From: Bugula neritina
Lineage: Eukaryota > Animalia > Bryozoa
Length of the DNA stretch: 64,000 nt
Direction: 5' to 3'
NCBI GenBank assembly: GCA_964035545.1
Contig: OZ037767.1
Span: 2,863,680 to 2,927,679, forward strand
Below, one piece after another: positions 38,563 through 49,835 of the stretch (positions within the stretch are counted from its first letter, which is position 1; each line of letters begins with the position of its first letter). The notes under the pieces are model-generated. The model searched no databases. It was not told the origin of the DNA and worked only from the letters and a program-made list of their open reading frames with translations. A program made the translations under genes and the position numbers.

Positions 38563-40461
38563 ATGAGGCATCTCATGCTCCTTGTTGCTACACTGCATCT
38601 GCTCAACACTGCTCATGTGTATGGCAATGACAGATTTACTGAATCCTTGCAGCTTGAGCCGCTAGACAACCACCTGGTTCTTGGCCAATTTAAATTCTCA
38701 GTTACATCTTCTCCAAATGTTCTAATCACTGGACATTATCACCTTTTTCCAAAGTCACTCGGAGAAATTCTTCACAAATATCATATTCAAGAACTGGAGC
38801 TGTCTCTCACACAAGGACTCTGGAGGTACTCCCGGTGGGGAATACCTTCAGATGGAGTAGCTAACCCACCAGGCGCATCTATTCTCGTCCTATTTGACTC
38901 TGATTTACCTTTAGAAGATGTTGACAAGCACTGGAAAGGGTTGATTAATTCCTTGGCAGGTTTTATATGCGCCTCATTAAACTATGCAGACAAAACTGTA
39001 GCTACGAGTCCTCAATACACATTCACACCACGTGGTGCATTCAACGCCAACAAAACTTTCCAACATTCTCACCTTAGATACGCCAACCTTCCTCAAGAAA
39101 ATGTATGTACAGAAAACCTCACTCCATGGAAGAAGTTATTACCATGTGGTGGACAGGCAGGCTTATCATCGCTACTTAACTCCAAACCACTTTTTGATTC
39201 GAATTATCATTCCATGTCTATTATAGTTAGACCTCAGTGTAAGAATAGTGAATGTGATAGTATAAACTTAAACCTTACTTTAGGCTTATCTGTTGTTTTG
39301 GCTCATCCAAGGAAAGACTATTTCACACTAAGCTTTCTGTTTCGAAACTCTGTAGGCCGTGAATGCCACATTGCAGAGAGCAGTACTGTAGTTGTAAAGT
39401 TTCCTACGGTGGGCAAACTTTCCCTCAACCTGGAATCTCCCCCAGACCATACTGTGTCTAGTGAGCAACACACCTTGGTTAGTTATAAAGTTACTTCCAA
39501 CTTTAACCTTAAGGCTAGCTATAAAGTAAAACCTACATATGGGGCTGTAGCGCCACCAGTTTTGCACACCTTGAGGTATTTGTCAGGGTATGGCCAGGAG
39601 TACGGTTCTATTGTGTGCGAAATTACCAACAACGCGGAAGAGGTGATACAGATAGTGTATATGGAGTACATACCTTGGTTTCTTCGTATCTACCTTCACA
39701 CTCTGAGTATCACTAGCAGTGGGAGTAAAGTGCCAGTGTCAAAGGTAAGTTTTATATTTAAATGTTACCCTTGCAGTGTTTTTATATATAAATACCTTCT
39801 TATTAATATATATGCACATGTTTTGATGAAATTTTAGTTGCTTTATTCACCTGGCCTGGAGAGGAAAAAGCCATCCACATTTGAACTGCTACTAAATTTG
39901 CCGGCTAATGCAACAACTGTAATCAGGTTTGATGTTGAAAAGCTTTTCCTCAAGTGGACAGAATACCCACCAGATGCCAACCTTGGTTTTCATGTACCAG
40001 CAGCTATAATAACGGGTGTCATACCAGATGCCCCAGCAGGCTCCTCTATACAGATGCTGAGAGAAGGCTATGGCGTAGTTAGGTTTTACACTGAGAAGTT
40101 GGTTGTGTTGTTGCCAACACCAGATTTCAGTATGCCATATAATGTTATCTGTTTAGCTTGCACTGTGGTCGCACTTGCCTTCGGCTCCATACACAATCTC
40201 ACTACTAAGATATTGATAAGACCAAAAGAGAAGAAGATCTCCATTATGCAACGCGTTATTCGTAAAGTAAAAAAGGTTTTGGGTTTCAAAGTTGAAAAGG
40301 CTGTCCCATCTACACAGGAAGTACAATCTTCAACAGACAAAGCCCCCGCTGGTGAGACAACTCCCAGATATGAAACTTCTGTGGACAGTGAACCAACCGT
40401 GGACAGTGAAGTTTCACTAGAAGATAGTAAAGTGACTCTATCTACTACTCAAAATGACTGA
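38563..40461 (+). CDS. PIGT: GPI transamidase component PIG-T (Gpi16), 601 aa, 2 coding exons
   Basis: Exons 38563-39744 and 39838-40461 (93-nt GT-AG intron, phase 0). Signal peptide; motifs HYHLFPKSLG, LSLTQGLWR, ENVCTENLTPWKKLLPC, GYGQEYG, EYPPDANLGF, LPTPDFSMPYNVICL followed by a TM helix. Confidence 0.97.
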
Positions 40462-41162
40462 TCACTGTAACTACACTATGCAGAAGATCTCATTTAACAT
40501 AAGTGCAGTGAACAAATATTTCTAATCCTAGCCTATAAGTTTACTATACGTTTGTTTATATTCAGAAATTTATAGTCATTGCAATTTTATTATTTTATCA
40601 AGTATTTTTTCTTTCAAGTATCATTTTGTTGAATCATTTTATTTGTTTTGAGTCATGTCTTTTCTAGCCGCTTCGTAAATATTGAAAAATTCAACTTGCG
40701 TTTTTATGCTAGTGAATCATCAACTGGTAAATATTAAATAAGACTTACAGCTTTTCACCATGTTATCCTTTTAATGTTAGCAGACAACCAAAGAATGTCT
40801 TGTTCAACTATTGTATAAATTTGTATAAAATAAACTAAAATTTTAAAGTTTGCTTACTATTTTTTATAAAATATAATGCAAGGTGATAAAAGTTTATAAA
40901 TTTATAGAAAAATGTCTACAAGCACCCAAGTAGAGACTGCATATATTGAATATGCAAGTCAACAGAAGCTGCTGGCGAATTTCACAGAAACCACAATAAT
41001 AAATAATATATACAAAATATATACACAAATAAAAGCCAATATTAAAGATATACTAGAGGCCTCCGTTGGTTCATCTTTAATTGTATTATATATAAAACTG
41101 AAGGCGCGGAGTTTTGGAAACTAGCTATTCGAGTATTATACACGGGATATATATACAGAAAC

Positions 41163-44100
41163 TCAATACTGCCAACTTTGCGAGTCTGTGCCTTGCGAGT
41201 TGGAATATTGTGCTGCAAATGGTGACATATTGAAGTTAGTACTCGTAGTGTAAGATAACGGTTGGCTATGTGAGCCAAACTGAAGCGCAGATTCCCGAGT
41301 AGGTAACTGTGAACTGAAGTAAGCGTCTGAATTAACAGATCTTTGATCCAATGACCGACTAACAGTACAGTCCTGGTGCATAGCTTCGGCGTGAGAAGTT
41401 TCCTGAGTGTATGCTGGGACAGACTTATCTGTGGCTAGCACATAACTATTGGACTCCAACATAGATGAATTTATAGTCCGAAGGGAACTGTCCAGCTTGC
41501 TGGGCTGTAGAATAGGTTTCACTGCTGAGCTAGAAGTATGGTGAGTAGTAGTTAGAAGTAATCTAGAAGAGTTACCACCAGTAACTTTAGGTGGATATTG
41601 CGGGGACGTGAGCTCACGCTCCACCCCAACATTAGACCTAGAACTAGATAGCCAACTGCTGCTCTGGTCAATGGAGCTTCTCAACTGACCGTTGCCTGGC
41701 CAGCCGAAGTTGGTGGGAGACTTGAGCATGCTGCTGTAAAAGTTCTGCTTGGTTATTAGAGACGAGAGCTGAGAGTTTTGCTGCTCTATCTCCTTCTGCT
41801 GCTTTTCAAGCTGCTGCTTCAACTCTATGAGCTGCTTGTTCTGCTTGTCTACAGTCTGAAAATACTTCAGCAGTTTAATATCTCAATTTCACTATATAAT
41901 ATACATAGGTATATATGATCTTTTATTAGCTCTATATAATATCTATATATAATACCTATATATAATATCTTTATATACTATCAAATTAGTTATATATAAT
42001 GTTTTACACAATATATAAATATCTTCTTCTTTTAATTTATAATATCTATAATCTGACATAACATCTTAGTCAATAATGATATTTGTAATATCAATGCTTA
42101 GTAATTATATTTAAAAGCTAGAGTTCCAGACCAGTGAAGTTGGCAAATATTGAAATACTAAATTCTAATCAATTGCACCCAAGCATAGTTTAAAATCAAG
42201 CCGATGTCATTCAGAGGTAATAAAATATTGTCTAAACAATAGCAATAATACTAATAACACTAAAAATAAAGTAATATATCATTGCGTAGATGATCATACC
42301 TGTCTTAACTCTACTTCGTCAGCATGGTGTTGAGGTAACGCCCACACAGTAGCCTGGTCTTCATCTGGGCTCTCTTCTCCTTCCTCTACCATTCCTCTCT
42401 GAGATCTCCAATACTTTACTAAACCTAACATAGAGTTCACACACTGAACTTGCTAGAGAGAGGACATGAATTACACATACATATTAGGCTCGATCTAATA
42501 TTATATAACATGCTTATATATTACAGTTATGGTGCTAGTTATGGTAAAACTAATTCTTGATAACTCACCCTGCACTAAGCTGATGATGAAGTTAGAAACT
42601 TACATGTAGATATTCTTCATACATGCACTATATTCAATGAACAATGCACCCACATACCGTGCTCTTGCATTCCAAGTACTCCGCCATTTTTTCTCATTTT
42701 CTTTGTAACTTTTGAGATGGTGGCAGCGCTTGAACCCGTAACCATAGCAATAAATTTGTAACAGTTGGTTTTAGCACCAGCTAAAAGAGAACAAACAGTT
42801 CAAAGCATATAACTGTATACAAACTAAACTCAACACTGATTAATATGCGAGTAAATAATAAAATTAGCATCAAATATAACACATTTGATACAACCTCAGC
42901 CATCGCATACAGACCTAAATTTATAAGACGTTTATATAACACAAGTAAGCTGCAGATACTGAAAATTAGGCTGCCAGAAGAACACTACATTTGTAAATCA
43001 AATGTTTGACCTTGACACAGCGGAGTACAAACTCACCACTGGGTGTGAGCAGCTCAGCAATAGCCTGCTGTAACCCTCGCCTGCTCTCCTGAGAGAGCTG
43101 ACGCCATTTGACTACTCGGTTCAGGTGCGTTCTGGTGATCCTGGTGCACCTATCCCGGCAGCACTGGTGTTTCCACAACTGAGTCACAGGGAGGAGTTTG
43201 ACATCAGTTTGACCTCCAACACGAGTTCTCCTCTGCCGACATATTACCAAAGCGGTGACATCAACAGCAGTCACTTTACACAGCAAATCTTTTTAGTTAC
43301 AAAAAAGACTTTAATTTTTTAATATTCAAGTGTTTCAAATCTAGCGCAAAAGAGAAGGCAACTTTCATACATTAAAATGACGCTAATAGCCAATTATTAG
43401 GTGTCATTCAACTAGTAAAATAGAAAAGAAATCTGTGTAAAATGCGGTTCACATCGGTCTGAAATCAGTTTGTGGTGTTGAGGAACGCATTACAATGTGG
43501 TTTATGCTAATCCCGCTTTATTTTGTGTCCTAAAAATTAGCTTTTGAGTAATTAGATTACTTTCATCATGATTCCAGTCTGTAGAAGTGAATAAAACTAA
43601 AACAAATTATATATTATACCTTTTTTTAACACTATTTTCTTATATAAAAATATTGAAAATTTCATTTAATATAAATAACACCTGTTCTGTGAGTAGACGT
43701 TTATGCAGAAAATTATTCGAGTAATGAAGTAATTTCTGAACTGTGTGTTCACACAGGTTCAGATTATTCTTCAGCTTTTCCCTCTCCTTCAGCACAAAGT
43801 CTTCATACAGCTGGCTTCTCTTCTTGCCATTACCAAGGCCCACTTTCCTACATAAATAAGGGACCCTAGATACAAGTAATAGGTAGAAAGAGTGTACAAA
43901 CTTTATTTAATGATGTAGATTAAGAGTCAAATCTCGGGAAAGAAGAAAGAATAAAACAAGAGAACAAATTGATTAAACATAAATAATCATAGGGCTGATG
44001 CGATATAAACGAGACTCATATATTCTGCTCATCAAATTTATGTTCATGTTTCATACTAGCATTCCGTAGATTTCTAATTAAAACAGGTAGCAAGGTTAGA

Positions 44101-45897
44101 GAGCTACCTGGTTTTTACCCCAGCAGGCAAATTATCTACTTTGAGCTGCCGCAAGTCATCAGCTTTCTTCGAGACATTTACGATAACCTTGACCTCCTCA
44201 CAGAGTTTAGCAAAGTCAAGAGACTTCAGATAGTTAGTCATGCAGTGACATTGGTTTGACGGGTTGTGGCAGGTGAGTTGTGCAGCTGTGAATACAATAT
44301 GGTGACAGCTTGCTAACAACTTATACGAAAAAAATTATGATTGCGTTGAAAAAACTTAAACATTAAGGTTTTAGGCACATGAATTTTATTAAGTATTATA
44401 CAGCTACACCACTTTATGCGCGAATTGAGATTTCTGTTAAAAACATTTAAAGTAGAGAAATCAATGCACTAGGATACACATAACTATATATAGAATTCAA
44501 AATACAATGTAAGGCAATACCCTAATCAAGTAACTTCAAAACAAGAGAACATAATAAATTTGTTTAGACTGATTTGCAACAAACCTTCAGGAGTTTTCGT
44601 CAAAGTGACAACAGATTTTGTAAACTCTATAATTTCTCTTTCAGCTGCTGAATGACACCTGCCATTGGTGTCACCTTTACTGTTAGCAGTTGACTCCTCA
44701 GCAGGTGCTCTGCCAACAAGCTTGGCCTGATCATGCTGTGTACCTAGAAACAAGGATAAAGTGTAGCAGAGGAATGCAGTTGGAAGAGAGAAACTAGAAA
44801 CTCCAAGCGACTAACACATACCATCAGTCTACTGCAAAAAACTCTGCATTAGGGACAAATTTACATTGCATTAAATTTAACTGCCATGGTTGTTTTGGGA
44901 ATTCAACTTTAGATGAAAGGGGAGAAGATCTTAACATCAAATGGAAAAATGGATTTAAGTAATTTCAAGTTTGTGCAGGTTTTGAAAGAAAAAATCTGAA
45001 GCTAAGAGTAGAATGACAGTGTGATGCATCTGCAAAATAAGTAGCCAAACATTTGTTAAATGGAAACCAAATATACAAAAGTAAAGAAGAATAAATAAAT
45101 AACTTCACACTATTTTCAATTCCATACAACTCACAAAAGACCGTATCTGAATCAAAGAAATACCTTTTGACACTCTCAGGGTGAAGAAATGTAAATATGA
45201 TTGTAGCAAGTGAGCAAATGACTTGTTCTAGAACAAAGGAAGAACGTAGTCGTATCTCACTTATGAGTATGAATGGCACTCACCACAGGGGCGACACAGA
45301 ACAAGATGGCTACCACTTTGAGAATATCTTATACTCGGATACACAACATTAACACTCTTTCTCGTGCCACGGTACCGGCTGTCCAGAAATGTTGAGCTGC
45401 ATTTCTCACAAGAAAATAACGAGCCTACAACCAAGATAGCAGTTGGTGTGCAATAATAACATAGCATGATTATAAATTGATAATAAAAATGAAAGAAAAA
45501 CTTTTAGCTTTAATTCTGTCTAATATAATTACTAATTAGATGTAGTTTTTATCTAATATCTGCTTTTATTCTGTCTAATATAATTAGATATATAGCATAA
45601 CACTTAGAGTGTAAATTGCTTCAGTAAATACCACACAGATGTGCAAAAAATGAATGCTCCATTTTAAATTATTTTTCTAGATGAACTATGGAGCGATTAA
45701 CAATATTCTTACATTAATAAATGCCATCAACCAAACAACAAAAAACAGACTCACATACCATCACTTAGAACATCACCATATACAATCGAGTCTTCACTTC
45801 CAGTGTTTTTCTTCTGTACACTTGATAACCTCCTCCTAACAGATGGGGGAGGACTGAATCGAACAGGTTTGTTGCGTGAACGTTTACTTCTTTCCAT
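41163..45897 (-). CDS. Uncharacterised Cys-rich, probably nuclear protein, ~639 aa, 9 coding exons
   Basis: In-frame exons 45897-45759, 45424-45284, 44743-44585, 44285-44108, 43847-43682, 43232-43037, 42780-42658, 42424-42300, 41855-41163 (1920 nt). Basic N-terminus, CEKC...LCRPCG, CHNP..QCHC, CCRDRC, NCYKFI...HGLVKYW, coiled coil, Ser-rich tail. Confidence 0.8.
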
Positions 45898-46739
45898 CAA
45901 CTGCAAAGTTATTTAGAAAATAATCACCCCAAAAACCAGCAGTCAAAAATAATAATTATACAACATCATTGATTATTCATGGAATTTTATAAATTTATAA
46001 TTATCTGAGACTAAGTAAATGTAAGTCTTAATCTAGTATAAATCTTAGTTTTACTCGTAGTCTATTAACTAGCACTATGACTGTAACTGCAATTGCATGA
46101 ATACAAGAATGAGTATCAGTATGACATCGACTGAAAGTCAATGACTGACTATCACTGTGACTATGAGACTTTGACTATGAGTATTAGTATGACAGTGACT
46201 ATCATTATGAGATTGAGCATGACTATGAGTATAACTGCAACATCAACTATCACTGTCAGTAGCACTAGATCACAGCATCAGCATGAGCATCAGACTCACT
46301 CTCAGAGTCAGTATTACTATGATTTTCACCGGAGTCTATCACTATTAGTGAGTCACTAATACCATAATAGTACTACTAGTAGTAATACTACCCATATCAC
46401 TATCAGTATGAGCATCACTGATCAGCGATCTTTAAGTTTATGTCTAAAGACTAATGTAAATCAAAATGACTAATACTAATAGGCTACAGTAACACCAATA
46501 GTAATACTAAAAAATAATAAACTTAAAGCTTTAGCTATAGAGTAATTTTACTGGTACTTAACTTACAGTTAGTGTTACACTGATCTCACTTTGACAGTTT
46601 GACTTTAATTTTCATTTTGCTTGAATTTAAAATCAAATTCAAAATTAATGAGAGTATTACTCACTGTGTAGCAGTTTTGTTAGGTCTGCTAGTAACCGCA
46701 AGCTTATCAGAGTAGGTTTAGGAATTCAACTGATGTCTT

Positions 46740-48212
46740 GTGAGTGTAGTTATTAGTATTTTATTCCAACTTATAACACTTTTGCTCACGAAGCTACACC
46801 GCAATGAAAATAAGACCTGGTGTGTTAAACCATGTTCCGCAGAGAGTCTCCATGAAGCTGAGACGAGAATTATCTCAGCCGTCCAGCAGAGCCACTACAA
46901 AGAGGACTACAGTACAGTAAAACAAGGACAGCAATTGTCAAAATCTAAACCTCTTGCTAAACTTAACCCATTCATTGATGGAGCCGGGATTATGCGTGTA
47001 GGTGGGAGGTTGCAGAGATCACAGGTGCTCAGCTATGAAGAGAAGCACCCCATAATTCTCCCTCGTGATGCACATGTAACGTCTCTAATAGTCCGGCACT
47101 ATCACAACAGCATTTATCACCTAGGGAGAACATCTACACTAAATGCAATTAGAACTGCAGGGTACTGGATCGTCGGAGCCACAAGACTTGTGAAGTCTAT
47201 GTTGAGCAAATGCGTCACCTGCAACAGGCTGCGTGGCAAGCCTATTACCCAAATCATGTCAATGCTACCCACAGAAAGACTAAATCCACAACCACCATTT
47301 ACAAATATAGGCATAGACTGCTTCGGACCCTTTACCGTTAAAGACAGGCGGTCAGAAGTAAAAAGATGGGGCCTCCTTGTCACGTGCATGTACTTCCGAG
47401 CTGTGCATATAGAGTTGTTGCCGGATATGACAACAGATTCATTTCTGAACGCTTTAAGAACACTGATCTGCATCAGAGGAGCAATAAATATGATTTACTG
47501 TGACAGAGGGACCAACTTTGTTGGAGCCGACAACGAGCTCACAAGAGAACTCCATGCGATGGACCAAGGGTCATCTGCACTAACAACATTTTTAAAGGAA
47601 AATCGAATCACCTTCCAGTTCAACGCGCCACATTCGAGCCATGCTGGGGGTGTTTGGGAACGCCAAATTCGTAGTGTACGATCTGTACTGGAAGGTATGA
47701 AATTTACAGGTAAGTACAACAGGCTGGATACACCGGGGCTCCGTACTGCCTTCTATGAGGCAATGGCTACGGTCAATAGCCGACCATTGGCGATAAACAG
47801 CTTGAATGACCCTGAGGCACCTATACTCACTCCAAATCATCTACTGACATCAAAATCAAGACAGATAGGACCCCCACCAGGAAAATTTGAGACCACGGAG
47901 ATCTATGGAAGAAAAATGTGGAGAAAGGCTCAACAGTTTGCTGAAGAATTCTGGAGACTATGGAAAGTTGAATACATGCAGCAGATTACAAAGCGACAAA
48001 GGTGGGAGAACCAAACACGTGATGTTCATACAGGAGATCTAGTCATGCTTATAGAAGAGAACGTATTGCGAAATGAATGGCCCTATGGATTGGTCAAGGA
48101 AACGTTGAAAAGTGCTGATGGCAGGGTCAGAAGAGTGAAAGTAAAGACTAACACTGGGACAACACTAGAGCGTCCGATACAGAAGCTAGTGCTGCTACAG
48201 GAGCAAGAGTAG
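46740..48212 (+). CDS. BEL/Pao pol C-terminus (integrase: HHCC, DDE core, C-terminal domain), 5'-truncated
   Basis: Uninterrupted ORF with LNPFID..GIMRVGGRL, KHPIILP, H..YH...CVTC, IDCFGPF, CDRGTNFVGA, GGVWERQI, NSRPL, LTPNHLL, FWRLWKVEY, DGRVR, RPIQKL. Pol-like sequence starts after ~46799; no gag, protease or RT. Confidence 0.93.
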   Translation: MSVVISILFQLITLLLTKLHRNENKTWCVKPCSAESLHEAETRIISAVQQSHYKEDYSTVKQGQQLSKSKPLAKLNPFIDGAGIMRVGGRLQRSQVLSYEEKHPIILPRDAHVTSLIVRHYHNSIYHLGRTSTLNAIRTAGYWIVGATRLVKSMLSKCVTCNRLRGKPITQIMSMLPTERLNPQPPFTNIGIDCFGPFTVKDRRSEVKRWGLLVTCMYFRAVHIELLPDMTTDSFLNALRTLICIRGAINMIYCDRGTNFVGADNELTRELHAMDQGSSALTTFLKENRITFQFNAPHSSHAGGVWERQIRSVRSVLEGMKFTGKYNRLDTPGLRTAFYEAMATVNSRPLAINSLNDPEAPILTPNHLLTSKSRQIGPPPGKFETTEIYGRKMWRKAQQFAEEFWRLWKVEYMQQITKRQRWENQTRDVHTGDLVMLIEENVLRNEWPYGLVKETLKSADGRVRRVKVKTNTGTTLERPIQKLVLLQEQE

Positions 48213-48403
48213 TTATAGTAGCTAGCGACATCCAACTGCCGCTGTATGAGGATTACAGTGCATAGTTATAATATCCATATTTTATAATAGCCATTATAAA
48301 GTTTCATGTCATTTTTATAAAAAAAAAAATAAAATAAAATAAATAAATAAAAGCTAAAATAAAATTGTAAACTCTCTTAATTTTTGTAAAATTAAGGTGG
48401 GAG

Positions 48404-48754
48404 TGTAGCAGTAGCTGGCAGCATGTTTACATGCACACTGTGTGTATGCGTGTTTCCTAGTCCATCGTCATAGCATATTAATAGCCCCTAAACAAAACAA
48501 TAAATTTCTACAACTGCGCAACAAAAGCCACAATCAATGAATCAAGTGTATTGCAAAAGTCTAAGACAACAAATCTGCCAGAATATTTCTGTTCCCTTAT
48601 TTGGAATTACTTGGGGCTGGTGGTGCAATTTGGGTGACCAATGGGATCTGGAACACATCATTTTGTTTAGGGGCTATTAATATGCTATGACGATGGACTA
48701 GGAAACACGCATACACACAGTGTGCATGTAAACATGCTGCCAGCTACTGCTACA
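48404..48754. repeat. Perfect 94-bp inverted repeat (LTR 5' end duplicated in inverted orientation), 163-bp spacer
   Basis: 48404-48497 is the exact reverse complement of 48661-48754. Confidence 0.97.
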
Positions 48755-49835
48755 CACTGTGACTGTGAGTCTCAGTCTGTTAGTTGTCAAATTGGACTTG
48801 GCAACTTGCAAAGTTTTAGCTTTACTCAAAAAGATTCAGCACGGCCACTGGCACTAGGCACTAGGCATTTCAAATTCTCTGTCTTTGCTCAGACCCCAGC
48901 ACTAGCAGCACCTACTAATACTTTATACTATCAAAGGGTTAAACTTAAATCACTCAAAGGGTTAATAAATCACTCTGCCTACTATCATCAATTAAACCAG
49001 CAAAAATTGTTATCGTTATTTTTGAGAAACAGTGTGAGTGTGAATATCATACTTAATAATTTTAATAACCTTGCGGGGAAACTCAGTCCTACATCTAAAT
49101 CATTATCATTATGACTAGTCGAGGATACTGAGAGACGAGTGCTAAAGTTTTTCACAAATGGCTTAATTTGAGTCGATAACGCCGTTTAAAAGCTTGTAAG
49201 GACAACTCTGAATATACCCTTTATACATACAAATTGATAATAATATGGTTGAGTATACGCCATAGGGTCTACAAATCTATATATAATTATTAACTATAAT
49301 TTGCTAGTTTCTGTTGAATTTATCAGCTATTCGGTCACTAATAAAGTTAGCTTACAAAGATTTTTCTTATCAGTTTATATTTGTAGCTTACGTTAAGTTT
49401 CTATAGTTTTGATGGCTGACACTTTAAAACAAAAAAGTGACAGCTATAGCAACCTGCCAACACTTACAATCACTAAACCTGAGTCAATTTTTATTACTAT
49501 TTCTGAGCAAGGAGAACATCTGTAATACCTTTGAGGGCATAGGCTACCAAATTCAAATTACTATCAATAGAGTCATTAGACTTAGGAATTATCTGATCAC
49601 TAATTTTTGATTGACCATAGGACATAACTAAAATCGAACTGCACTGCAAAATTATGTATCATAATTGATTATAATTGTATTATAAACAATAAAACAACCT
49701 AAATACAACATTTAAAAAACATTGATTATTAAATTCAAAAATACATCAAAAATTGCATAGAAATAATACCTTATAGCATACTTTTCATAACAAATAAAAA
49801 AGACTTTGAAAAAAAAAAGTTTAATGTATAGTAAA

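Larger units (their letters stand above)
46667..48754. mobile_element. Rearranged, internally deleted BEL/Pao LTR retroelement insertion
   Basis: 5-bp TSD CACTG (46662-46666, 48755-48759); ends TGTAGCAGT...ACTGCTACA; contains an integrase ORF, a polypurine tract (AAGGTGGGAG ending 48403) and an LTR start at 48404. Confidence 0.9.

Noticed and set aside
44822-45227. Extra candidate exons (45227-45164, micro-exon near 44822) in the uncharacterised gene
   Set aside because: Including them shifts the frame or introduces stops in the downstream Cys-rich reading frame.
46141-46359. 72-aa Thr/Met/Ser-rich ORF
   Set aside because: Translation of the promoter-proximal low-complexity tract; no coding features.
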